Assembly (NCBI GenBank): GCA_017454485.1
Contig: JAFTCX010000042.1
Span: 32,178 to 96,177 of the forward strand
Reading direction: 5' to 3'
Source: Clostridia bacterium
Lineage (GTDB): Bacteria; Bacillota; Clostridia; Oscillospirales; Acutalibacteraceae
DNA: 64,000 nt
Below are positions 35,981 to 44,325 of the stretch, piece after piece. Numbering within the stretch: position 1 is the first letter of the stretch; every line of letters begins with the position of its first letter. The translations under genes and the position numbers were made by a program. The notes below the pieces were generated by a model, which had not been told where the DNA came from, did no database searches, and was given only the letters and a program-made list of their open reading frames with translations.

Positions 35981-36781
35981 TTATTGAAAAAACCGCAGCA
36001 GTCTTGTCTTGTAATCCGGCGCGGTGTCGTATGCCGCGTGGCCGCAGCCCTCATACATGTGCAGCTCCACATCTCCGCGTTCTTCCAACGCCTGCGCAAT
36101 TTCGACGGAAGCGTCACCGCCGAGCACAGCGTCGTCCTTTGCGCCGAGCACCAGCACGGGACAGCGGATTTCGCGCAGCCGCGCGGTGAAATCAAAGCCG
36201 TTCATCGCGCCGGCAAGAACTGCAAAGCGGTCAAATTCGTCATCCGATACGCCTTTTCCGGCGCTCAAAAGCTGATCGCGGACAGCTTGAAACACCGCCG
36301 CGGGATACACAAGCTCACCAAAGGAAAGATAAAGCTTTTCGCCGTCCTTTTCCCTTGCCGCCTGCACCCAGGGCGCCAAACGCTGCGCGTGGTCGGGCGT
36401 GATGCGTGCGGCCGTGGAGCCGAGCGCAAGTTTTTTTACAAGAAGCGGATACTGCGCGGCAAGCACCATAGCGATCATGCCGCCCTGCGACGCGCCGAAC
36501 AGACAAACGTCTTTCAACCCAAGCGCCGCCATCACTTTTGCCGTGTCGTGCGCCATGTCGTAAACGGAATACGTCTGCGGCAGCGTCTGACGCCGATCAA
36601 AAACATAGATCGTAAACGCCTCGGTCAGCGGCGCATAAGCCGCAGCTACGTCGTCGGCAAAAAGCATCACGCTTTGCACGCTCAGCCCGGGCAGAATGAC
36701 AAGCGTCTGTTTGCCGCGCCCGAACGAGAAAAAGCGCATGGTGATCTCATCGACGCAGACTTGCTCCACTTGCGTTTTCAT
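35981..36781 (-). CDS. Alpha/beta-fold hydrolase
   Basis: 266 aa. Nucleophile elbow GASQGG, C-terminal GCGHAAY (catalytic His region), LVILPG oxyanion region. Confidence 0.8.
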   Translation of the reverse strand: MKTQVEQVCVDEITMRFFSFGRGKQTLVILPGLSVQSVMLFADDVAAAYAPLTEAFTIYVFDRRQTLPQTYSVYDMAHDTAKVMAALGLKDVCLFGASQGGMIAMVLAAQYPLLVKKLALGSTAARITPDHAQRLAPWVQAAREKDGEKLYLSFGELVYPAAVFQAVRDQLLSAGKGVSDDEFDRFAVLAGAMNGFDFTARLREIRCPVLVLGAKDDAVLGGDASVEIAQALEERGDVELHMYEGCGHAAYDTAPDYKTRLLRFFQ

Positions 36782-36796
36782 TCTTTCGCTCCCCTG

Positions 36797-37258
36797 TCAG
36801 ACGTTCCAAGTTTTGCGCATCGACAAAATATTCTTCCCGTTTTCGCGCCGGTAGCTGACCGCGTCCATGGTTTTCTTTACCAGAAAAACGCCAAGGCCGC
36901 CGATTTGACGCGATTCGGCGTCGAGCGTAGTATCGGGGTCGGCTTTTGCGAGCGGGTCGTAAGCTTGTCCCTCATCGGAAAACACAAGCGTTACCTCGCC
37001 GTTTTTGCCGCTCAGTTCAATTTGCGCCGTTCCTGTCTTGTCGCCGTAAGCATAGCTTGCAATGTTGACAAATACCTCTTCCACGCAAAGATCAATTTGC
37101 ATTTGCGTTTTCATCGGGCAGTCGTGCGCTTCAAGAAAGCTGTCCACAAAATCGTTGACAAGCAAGAGTGCATCGCGTTTTGCGTCCACCGTCAGACTCT
37201 TATAATCTTCCGCATTCGATACATCGCCTGCAGATGCATTCATTTTATCCCAGAGCAT
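36797..37258 (-). CDS. Anti-sigma-factor-type serine kinase (RsbW/SpoIIAB-like HATPase)
   Basis: EEVFVNIASYAY (N box), SDEGQAYDP and IGGLGVFLVKK (G boxes). The ATG at 37258 lies 8 nt after AGGAGA; the track start at 37312 has no RBS. Confidence 0.75.
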   Translation of the reverse strand: MLWDKMNASAGDVSNAEDYKSLTVDAKRDALLLVNDFVDSFLEAHDCPMKTQMQIDLCVEEVFVNIASYAYGDKTGTAQIELSGKNGEVTLVFSDEGQAYDPLAKADPDTTLDAESRQIGGLGVFLVKKTMDAVSYRRENGKNILSMRKTWNV

Positions 37259-37330
37259 ATCCAAACTCTCCTGCGGTTTACCGCTGCCGCTGCAAAAGCA
37301 GCAGCATTCCATGGTTGCATATTTACAAAA

Positions 37331-38515
37331 TCAGAACGAAAGGCTGTCAAGCTTCGGCACCAGTTCGCAAAGCGTCTTTTTGCAATGTTCAACCAGCTTT
37401 GCCTTATAAGCTTCGTCTTCCTTCGCCTTGCGGTAGGTGCGGCGCAGCAAACGCGCAAAGCAAATGACCGCAGATTTTTCCTCAATTCCGCGCAGGAACG
37501 CTTCGTCTTCGGTGTCGAAATAATACTTGAGCGTCGCCTTCCAGAACTGCTGCGCCTGGTCATACGGGATGCCGAGGAATGTTAAGACGTTGTTTTTGTC
37601 AATGCAGGAAAAGCCTACGTAAGCCGCATAGATCGCCGAAAACTCAAAGATTGGGTGACCCATGGCGAGGGTATCCATGTCGATGAGCAGATTTTCGCCG
37701 TTTTGCTGCATGATGTTTTTGATGTGATAATCGCCGTGCAGCATATTGTTGGTTTCGGGCACGGCTTTTACAAGCGCAACCAGCTTTTCGCCCACCTCCT
37801 GCGGAAGATGATCGCGGCAATATTCCGCCCAAACGAGCGCTTCTGCTTTTTTATCGGGCAGCTCGCCGGGTTTGAGCATTGTGCTGTGCATGGTTTTCAA
37901 AATATCCACACTCGCCTTTGCAAGCTCGTCCGTTTTGGAGGGATCGGCGATCATCAGCTTGGCAAAGGATTTTGCGTTGAGCAGCTCAAAGACAGAGCCG
38001 TAAAGGTCGCCGACCTGCACAACGTCATACGGAATCGCGGTCGGAACACCCATCACAAACGCCTTGCGCGCAAGTTCGCGTTCGTTGTGGATTTCTTCGA
38101 GCGCATCATGGTTTTTATACACCTTCACAATGGTGTCAGCGTCAATGCGGTATACCTTGCCGTTGGCGCCTTCGCCGATGACCTCACAGCCGTCCACAGA
38201 CAGCTTACGGTAGGCTTTGGCGATGTCCATCATCTCGGTAAAACCGGTCATGTCAAAGATCTCATAGACGTCGGAAGAAACGTTGATGATTTTGGTGTCC
38301 TTGTTGGCCTTTTTCAAACGCAAGACCACGCGAAGACCTGCGCTGGAAATGTATTCAAGCTTTTCGGCGTCAAGAATGACCGCACCGGTATAGCCGTCTG
38401 TATGTGCCCTGATCTGCGCTTCGGCGTCGGCGGCGTTGTTCGAATCAATGCGTCCCGCAATGAAGACGGTGAGCGCATCCGGCTGTTGCTTTGCTGTGAT
38501 TTGAATCATAATCAT
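37331..38515 (-). CDS. Fusion protein: N-terminal STAS (anti-sigma antagonist) domain plus C-terminal APH/choline-kinase-like phosphotransferase domain
   Basis: STAS part: LTVFIAGRIDSNNA...LDAEKLEYISSAGLRVVL...VYEIFDMTGF. Kinase part: GEGANGKVYRI, VKVYK, HGDYHIKNIM, IDMDTL. Confidence 0.8.
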   Translation of the reverse strand: MIMIQITAKQQPDALTVFIAGRIDSNNAADAEAQIRAHTDGYTGAVILDAEKLEYISSAGLRVVLRLKKANKDTKIINVSSDVYEIFDMTGFTEMMDIAKAYRKLSVDGCEVIGEGANGKVYRIDADTIVKVYKNHDALEEIHNERELARKAFVMGVPTAIPYDVVQVGDLYGSVFELLNAKSFAKLMIADPSKTDELAKASVDILKTMHSTMLKPGELPDKKAEALVWAEYCRDHLPQEVGEKLVALVKAVPETNNMLHGDYHIKNIMQQNGENLLIDMDTLAMGHPIFEFSAIYAAYVGFSCIDKNNVLTFLGIPYDQAQQFWKATLKYYFDTEDEAFLRGIEEKSAVICFARLLRRTYRKAKEDEAYKAKLVEHCKKTLCELVPKLDSLSF

Positions 38516-39087
38516 TCTCCTTCATAGCCGTCAAACACGGCGTGATAAAGTGCATTGTATTCCTGATAAGCCGCCGTGTCCGCAAGCGGAGAAAGCAGCT
38601 CCAGAATTGTTTTATAGTACCATTTCTGATCGAGCGGGTCCTTGTTGTTGAACCGGTCAAACACCTTGACGCCCAAACGGTCGTGGTCACGCTTGAGTGC
38701 GCGCATGTTGGCGAGCTTGTCCCCCAGCCAGAGCATCAGGGCTGCGGGGTCATTCGCGTTTTTAAGCAGCTCAAGCGACTCCTCCTTGCGCACGCGCCAT
38801 GTATCCTTCGGCGAAAGCGCCGGCCGTTTGTTTTCGGTCTCATGCATCACCAGCGTATGTACACGCGGTCCGAACGTTTGCAGAATGTCCGCCTCAGTGG
38901 TGTCCGTGTCTTCCACAGTATCGTGCAGCACCGCGGCGGCAAGAATTTCAAGATCGCCGGTCAGCGTGCTGACGATGGACGCATCCTCCAAAGGATGCAG
39001 GATAAACGGTGAGCCGTCTTTGCGCGTTTGACCCGCATGTGCGTCCACCGCAAAGCGGATTGCCCGCTCCAAAACAGTATATTGCAA
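38512..39087 (-). CDS. HD-domain small alarmone ((p)ppGpp) hydrolase-like protein
   Basis: AHAGQTRKDGSPFILHPLE...AAVLHDTVEDT is typical of the RelA/SpoT hydrolase domain, at 191 aa. TTG start 9 nt after AAGGAG. 4-nt overlap with the next gene. Confidence 0.78.
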   Translation of the reverse strand: MQYTVLERAIRFAVDAHAGQTRKDGSPFILHPLEDASIVSTLTGDLEILAAAVLHDTVEDTDTTEADILQTFGPRVHTLVMHETENKRPALSPKDTWRVRKEESLELLKNANDPAALMLWLGDKLANMRALKRDHDRLGVKVFDRFNNKDPLDQKWYYKTILELLSPLADTAAYQEYNALYHAVFDGYEGE

Positions 39088-39160
39088 GTATATCAGCTCC
39101 TTTAAAATGTATTATAACATAGTTCAAGCAGAATATCAACACTTTAATTCGTCCTTCCTC

Positions 39161-39188
39161 TTGTATTTTTTTGCGCAATGGTTATAAT
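39161..39188 (+). promoter_or_regulatory. Candidate promoter for the M16 peptidase-proBA unit (TTGTAT-16 nt-TATAAT)
   Basis: Motifs at 39161..39166 and 39183..39188. Confidence 0.45.
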
Positions 39189-39221
39189 AGAAAGCGAATG
39201 AATCATCATGGAGAAATGCGC

Positions 39222-40481
39222 ATGGAACAATGGACATTACAAAACGGGCTGCGCGTGCTGTTTGACGAGCAAAGCCACCTGCATTCCGCAACGGTCGGCT
39301 TATGGGTCGCATCGGGCAGCGTCAACGAAACGGCACAGACCAACGGCATCTCGCACTTCATTGAGCATATCGTGTTCAAAGGCACCGACGGGCTTTCCGC
39401 CTTTGACATCGCGCGCGCAATGGACGCCATCGGCGCTTCGGTCAATGCCTACACCACAAAGGAATACACCTTTTTCTATGTGCGCGCACTCTCCCACCGC
39501 ATTCATGACGCTGCGGAACTTCTTTTTGACATGGTGCTGCATCCGAAGCTTGATGAAAATGACATCGACACCGAGCGCGGCGTAATATTAGAAGAGATCG
39601 CCATGTGCGAGGATGACCCGGCAGACGTCTGCTATGAAGCGAACGAAAGCGCCGTTTTCGCCTGCTCGCCTCTCTCGCTGCAAATACTCGGCACGAAAGA
39701 GAGTGTCAGTCGGCTGGAAAAAAGCGATTTTCTCGCCCACCGCGCCGCATTTTACACGCCGGAGCGAATGGTCATCGGCATCGGCGGCAAATTTGACAAA
39801 GCCGAAATGCAAACGCTGATCGAAACGGCGTTCGGCGCTCTTTCCTGCAAAAACAATCCGCTGACGCCCTGCATCCCGCAGTTTCATCGGCACATCACGC
39901 TGCTGAAACGCTCGTTTGAGCAAACGCATCTGATGCTCTGCTTTCCGGGCGTTCCCCTGCGGCACAGCGATCTTTACACATTGCAGGTGCTGATGTTTTT
40001 GCTCGGCACAGGCTCGTCCTCACAGCTTTGGCAGTGTCTGCGCGAAGAACGCGGTCTTGTCTATAATGTCGACGCCTGGCTGGGCCGCTTCCTTTCCGCT
40101 GGGTATATCGCCGTTTCCATGTCCCTTTCCCCGGACACACAGCAGCAGGCGCTTGAAGAGACAAAGTGCATCATCTGCACGCTTGGCGAAACCATAGACG
40201 AGGCTGCGCTTTGCGCCGCAAAGGAAAAACTCACGTCATCGCTGATCATGCATCGGGAGCAGCCGCATTCCAAGCTTTCCTCCCTCGGACACGACCTTTT
40301 GATGTTCGGCGATTGCACCGAGGACGAAGAGATCATCGCCGCCATCCGTGCGGTGACGCTGTCCGATGTGCAGCGTGCGGCAAAAGATTATTTACGGCTT
40401 TCATCCGCCGCACTCACCGCAGTCGGCACAACAAAAGAGGAAGCTTTTTACCGCGAAATCCTACAAATACAGGAGAAGTAA
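39222..40481 (+). CDS. M16 (pitrilysin/insulinase) family zinc peptidase
   Basis: Inverted zinc motif HFIEH followed by FKGT. The ATG at 39222 follows GGAGA. Confidence 0.8.
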   Translation: MEQWTLQNGLRVLFDEQSHLHSATVGLWVASGSVNETAQTNGISHFIEHIVFKGTDGLSAFDIARAMDAIGASVNAYTTKEYTFFYVRALSHRIHDAAELLFDMVLHPKLDENDIDTERGVILEEIAMCEDDPADVCYEANESAVFACSPLSLQILGTKESVSRLEKSDFLAHRAAFYTPERMVIGIGGKFDKAEMQTLIETAFGALSCKNNPLTPCIPQFHRHITLLKRSFEQTHLMLCFPGVPLRHSDLYTLQVLMFLLGTGSSSQLWQCLREERGLVYNVDAWLGRFLSAGYIAVSMSLSPDTQQQALEETKCIICTLGETIDEAALCAAKEKLTSSLIMHREQPHSKLSSLGHDLLMFGDCTEDEEIIAAIRAVTLSDVQRAAKDYLRLSSAALTAVGTTKEEAFYREILQIQEK

Positions 40482-40482
40482 C

Positions 40483-41274
40483 ATGCAACACTTTCAACGC
40501 ATCGTGGTGAAGGTCGGCACCTCTACCCTCACCTATGAAACAGGAAAAACCAACATCCGCCGCATGATGAAACTTTGCGCCGTACTTGCAGACCTGCATA
40601 ACGCCGGACATGACGTAGCGCTTGTCACATCGGGCGCGATCGGCGTCGGCGTCGGCAAGCTCGGTCTTGCGCAAAAGCCGCATGACATTCCGGGCAGACA
40701 GGCCGCCGCCTGCGTCGGGCAGTGTGAGCTGATGTTCATGTATGATAAGTTTTTCGGCGAATATGGGCAAAAGATCGGGCAGATGCTCGTTACCAAGGCC
40801 GACTTTGAAAACGCAGAACGCTGTGAAAACTTGAGCAACACCTTTGAAAAGCTCTTTGAATACGGCGCAATCCCGATCATCAACGAAAACGACAGCGTCG
40901 CCACGGAAGAGATCGTTTACGGCGACAACGACAGTCTTTCCGCTGTGGTCGCGTCACTTGTCGGCGCTGATTTACTTGTGATCCTCACGGATATCGACGG
41001 GCTGTTTGATGACAACCCGAACGAGAACCCCGACGCACGGCTGATCCCCGTGGTGGACGAGATCACAGACGAGCTGTTAGCGCTTGCCGGGGGCGCAGGA
41101 AGCAGCCGCGGCACCGGCGGCATGGTCACAAAGCTGTTTGCCGCGCGCATTGCGACAAAGCAAGGCATCCCCGTGATCGTGATGAACGGCAGTGAACCGC
41201 AGGACCTTTACCGTGTGATCGACGGACATAAAATCGGAACATATTTTGAAGCGAGGGATACATATGCTGACTGA
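40483..41274 (+). CDS. proB: Glutamate 5-kinase (short form without PUA domain)
   Basis: RIVVKVGTSTLT N-terminus and GDNDSLSA motif. The ATG at 40483 follows AGGAGA. Confidence 0.9.
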   Translation: MQHFQRIVVKVGTSTLTYETGKTNIRRMMKLCAVLADLHNAGHDVALVTSGAIGVGVGKLGLAQKPHDIPGRQAAACVGQCELMFMYDKFFGEYGQKIGQMLVTKADFENAERCENLSNTFEKLFEYGAIPIINENDSVATEEIVYGDNDSLSAVVASLVGADLLVILTDIDGLFDDNPNENPDARLIPVVDEITDELLALAGGAGSSRGTGGMVTKLFAARIATKQGIPVIVMNGSEPQDLYRVIDGHKIGTYFEARDTYAD

Positions 41275-42502
41275 ACTCGGAAAAAAAGCCAAAGAAGCTT
41301 CGCGTGTGCTGATGAACACCGACAGCGCACGCAAAAACGCGGCGCTGGAAGCCATTGCAAAGGCGTTTGAACAAAACGCGGCACTGCTGCTGGAAGAAAA
41401 TGAAAAAGACCTTGCCGCTGCAAAGGAAAACGGCATGGCCAAAGCAATGCTTGACCGTCTGGCGCTGAATCCGGATCGCATTGCCGCTCTTTCCAAAGCG
41501 GCGCGGGAACTGATCGCGCTGGAGGATCCTGTGGGCAAAGTGATCTCCGGCACCACGCGCCCGAACGGACTGTTCATTGAAAAAGTGACCGTGCCCTTCG
41601 GTGTGATCGCCGTCATTTATGAAGCGCGTCCGAATGTCACGGCGGAAGCGGCAACGCTTTGCTTGAAATCCGGCAACTGTGTGATCCTGCGCGGCGGCAA
41701 AGAGGCGTTTTGCTCCAATAAGGCGATCGCCGAACTCATGCGGGGCGCACTGGAAAGCGTCGGCCTACCGCAGGACTGCATTCAGCTTGTGGAGGACACA
41801 ACGCGCGAGAGTGCAAACGAATTGATGAAGCTCAACGATTATGTGGATGTACTGATCCCGCGCGGCGGCGCCGGACTGATCCGCGCCTGTGTGGAAAACG
41901 CGACCGTGCCGCTGATCGAAACGGGCACAGGCAACTGCCATGTCTATGTGGACAAAGACGCGGATCTTGCGATGGCTGCGGATATCATTTTCAACGCAAA
42001 AACGTCGCGTCCCTCCGTCTGTAACGCCTGTGAAAGCCTTGTCATCCACAAGGAAGTGGCCGAAAAAGCGCTGGAACTGATTGCAGAAAAGCTGCAGCAG
42101 GCAAACGTGCTCATTCACGGCGACGAGACCGTCTGCGCGCTGGTGCCGCAGGCTGTTCCTGCCACAGAAGAGGATTACGGTAAGGAGTATCTCGGCTATG
42201 AGATCAGCGTGTGTGTGGTCGGTTCTATCGAAAGCGCGATCTCGCATATCATGAAATACACCACCGGCCACAGTGAATGCATCGTCACGCAGAACTATGC
42301 AGCAGCGCAGAAATTCACCCGCGAAGTAGACGCAGCCGCGGTTTATGTCAACGCGTCCACACGCTTCACAGACGGCGGTGAATTCGGCTTCGGCGCCGAG
42401 ATCGGTATCTCCACACAGAAGCTCCACGCCAGAGGACCGCTCGGCCTGCAGCAGCTCACGAGCGAAAAATACATCATCAGCGGCAACGGACAGGTGCGCT
42501 GA
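41264..42502 (+). CDS. proA: Gamma-glutamyl phosphate reductase
   Basis: Full-length ProA-like sequence (IYEARPNVT, GNCHVYVD, CNACESL). The start overlaps the proB stop. Confidence 0.92.
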   Translation: MLTELGKKAKEASRVLMNTDSARKNAALEAIAKAFEQNAALLLEENEKDLAAAKENGMAKAMLDRLALNPDRIAALSKAARELIALEDPVGKVISGTTRPNGLFIEKVTVPFGVIAVIYEARPNVTAEAATLCLKSGNCVILRGGKEAFCSNKAIAELMRGALESVGLPQDCIQLVEDTTRESANELMKLNDYVDVLIPRGGAGLIRACVENATVPLIETGTGNCHVYVDKDADLAMAADIIFNAKTSRPSVCNACESLVIHKEVAEKALELIAEKLQQANVLIHGDETVCALVPQAVPATEEDYGKEYLGYEISVCVVGSIESAISHIMKYTTGHSECIVTQNYAAAQKFTREVDAAAVYVNASTRFTDGGEFGFGAEIGISTQKLHARGPLGLQQLTSEKYIISGNGQVR

Positions 42503-42516
42503 GAAAGGCGGCTTTC

Positions 42517-43182
42517 ATGAAACAATCACCGGCACGTAAAACCGCAAACATGGTGCTCGGACTGCTCATTCTCACTTTCACGGTGATTGGCATCATCGCC
42601 ACCGTGCGTTTTGCCGGCGGAAAGATGCGGGATATCACCGGCGATACGGCGCGGCTGCAGGAATATCAAAAATTCTTGAGTCCAGTTGTGATGAACGATC
42701 CCGATACATTTGACGATATCACCGGCGCGGATCAAAGCCAGCTTATCAGCATTGCGATCTGGGAGATTTTGCAAAACGACCCGAACCCCGACGATTACGG
42801 TTATTTTGAAGGCGATATGCTGCTGCCGCAAAGTGAGGTGGAGGAAAGCTTTGCCGCCCTGTTCGGAACAGAGCTGACCGTACATCACAAAGATGTGGAC
42901 GGCGGCGGGATCGGATTTCGTTACAGTGAGAGCGAGAAAGGCTATCTCATCCCTATCACCGGTGTGACGCCGATCTACACCCCGCGCATCATTTCCGCTG
43001 AAGAAAAGCGCGATCTTGTCACCCTCATTGTCGGCTATCTTGCAGGCGAAGACTTTCAGCAGGACAGCGACGGAAACATCGTTGCACCCGAACCGGCAAA
43101 GTATATGAAAATCACTCTGCGCACCGCGCCGGACGGCAGCTACTTTGTCAGTGCGCTGCAAAACGCGCAGCAGCCTGATTAA
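42517..43182 (+). CDS. Membrane-anchored hypothetical protein
   Basis: Single N-terminal TM (MVLGLLILTFTVIGIIATV) and an acidic extracytoplasmic domain. No family recognised. Confidence 0.6.
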   Translation: MKQSPARKTANMVLGLLILTFTVIGIIATVRFAGGKMRDITGDTARLQEYQKFLSPVVMNDPDTFDDITGADQSQLISIAIWEILQNDPNPDDYGYFEGDMLLPQSEVEESFAALFGTELTVHHKDVDGGGIGFRYSESEKGYLIPITGVTPIYTPRIISAEEKRDLVTLIVGYLAGEDFQQDSDGNIVAPEPAKYMKITLRTAPDGSYFVSALQNAQQPD

Positions 43183-43219
43183 GATTGCATTAAGATTTCT
43201 TAGAATCGCCTTAATGTGA

Positions 43220-43248
43220 TTGACATTTTTTTCCCTAACTGGTAAAAT
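43220..43248 (+). promoter_or_regulatory. SigmaA-type promoter (TTGACA-17 nt-TAAAAT, TGg extended -10) for the 51-aa sORF
   Basis: Exact -35 consensus at 43220..43225 and -10 at 43243..43248. Confidence 0.55.
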
Positions 43249-43269
43249 TTTCGCCATGGAGGTGGAAAA

Positions 43270-43425
43270 ATGGACATCATGACATTGCTCAGCAACACGA
43301 TCGAGCTGCTGAAATTCGCGTTCAATCTCGGAGAGTTCCTCGACATCGTTTTCGGCTCCCTGAAAGAACATTATCCGTTCCTGTTCGAGCAGGACGAAAA
43401 GGCAGAAGCTGACGTTACAGAATAA
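43270..43425 (+). CDS. Unannotated 51-aa acidic small protein (below the ORF-track length cut-off)
   Basis: GGAGGTGG RBS 4 nt before the ATG. MDIMTLLSNTIELLKFAFNLGEFLDIVFGSLKEHYPFLFEQDEKAEADVTE. Has its own promoter and terminator. Confidence 0.5.
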   Translation: MDIMTLLSNTIELLKFAFNLGEFLDIVFGSLKEHYPFLFEQDEKAEADVTE

Positions 43426-43448
43426 CAAACTGAAAAACGGACTTCATT

Positions 43449-43493
43449 GGGGCGCTTTCCGTAAGGTAGTAACTTCCTTGCGAAAAGCGCCCC
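43449..43493 (+). terminator. Hairpin terminator after the sORF
   Basis: GGGGCGCTTT ... AAAGCGCCCC (10 bp) followed by TTTAAAAGCTCCTTTTTT. Confidence 0.6.
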
Positions 43494-43512
43494 TTTAAAA
43501 GCTCCTTTTTTC

Positions 43513-43547
43513 AAAAAAAATCAGCCGGAGCGTATACACGCCCCGGC
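43513..43547 (-). terminator. Rho-independent terminator after the YhhN-family gene
   Basis: On the minus strand, GCCGGGGCG-TGTATA-CGCTCCGGC followed by TGATTTTTTTTG. Confidence 0.7.
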
Positions 43548-43560
43548 CATTGTTGTTTTA

Positions 43561-44292
43561 TCAGCCGCGAGCCGGCATAGCATAAATGGAATATGCCAGC
43601 AGGAACTGTGCGATGTAATAGGTCAGATGGTTGACAAAGAAATTCGGGAAATTGTTCTTTTCCTTCGGGCCAAAGTACATCGGGGAAAGAATGAGATCGG
43701 AGATCAGGAACATCACACCGCCGACGCCGCAAAGGATGAACGGCAACTGCTTCGTCACGATCGCAGCAAGGATGCTCGTGCCCGCCATGCCGGCAACGAC
43801 CATGCCGTAAATTGCAACAATCGGACGGAACTTGCCGAAGTTTTGCTTTGTCGGTTTTTCTGTGAGCAGAACAAACCCGCAGACAACAGCGGCAAAAACA
43901 ACCGGAATCCATGCCAACGAATAAGACAGACCGAACTTGTGCGCAAAGTAGTAGATTGCGGGGATGTAAAACAGGTGGCCAAAACCAAAGCTGGTAAAGC
44001 CGGCGTAAAGATATTTATCCGCGTCATCGGGATAGACCCATTTTTGATCAAGATAAATATCGCCGAGCATTCCGAGAACCAGACCGAGCAGAATCATCAC
44101 ACCGTATTCATACACAGTAGGGTTCTTTAAAAGAGCGATGCCGGCTGTTCCCACAAAGAGAAGACTCACTGCGTTCTTTGTGAAAACGCCCTGCACGCTG
44201 CGTCCGTTTTTACATCGAACAACAAACAGGATATACGCGATTACACCCAATGCCATGGTCAGATAGATAGTCATGCTGAAAACTCCTTTCAT
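43561..44292 (-). CDS. YhhN-family membrane protein (lysoplasmalogenase-like)
   Basis: 243 aa, about 8 TM. GMLGDIYLD and LISDLILS motifs resemble YhhN/TMEM86. Confidence 0.6.
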   Translation of the reverse strand: MKGVFSMTIYLTMALGVIAYILFVVRCKNGRSVQGVFTKNAVSLLFVGTAGIALLKNPTVYEYGVMILLGLVLGMLGDIYLDQKWVYPDDADKYLYAGFTSFGFGHLFYIPAIYYFAHKFGLSYSLAWIPVVFAAVVCGFVLLTEKPTKQNFGKFRPIVAIYGMVVAGMAGTSILAAIVTKQLPFILCGVGGVMFLISDLILSPMYFGPKEKNNFPNFFVNHLTYYIAQFLLAYSIYAMPARG

Positions 44293-44325
44293 GTGATTGA
44301 TTTATTATTGGTTCCGATTGGAACA

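Noticed and set aside
35960-37585. 541-aa plus-strand ORF.
   Set aside because: It is antisense to the hydrolase, RsbW-like and STAS-kinase genes and has no motifs.
43256-43282. An ATG at 43256 upstream of the sORF start.
   Set aside because: It opens only an 8-codon frame (MEVEKWTS*) and overlaps the GGAGGTGG that serves as the RBS for the ATG at 43270.
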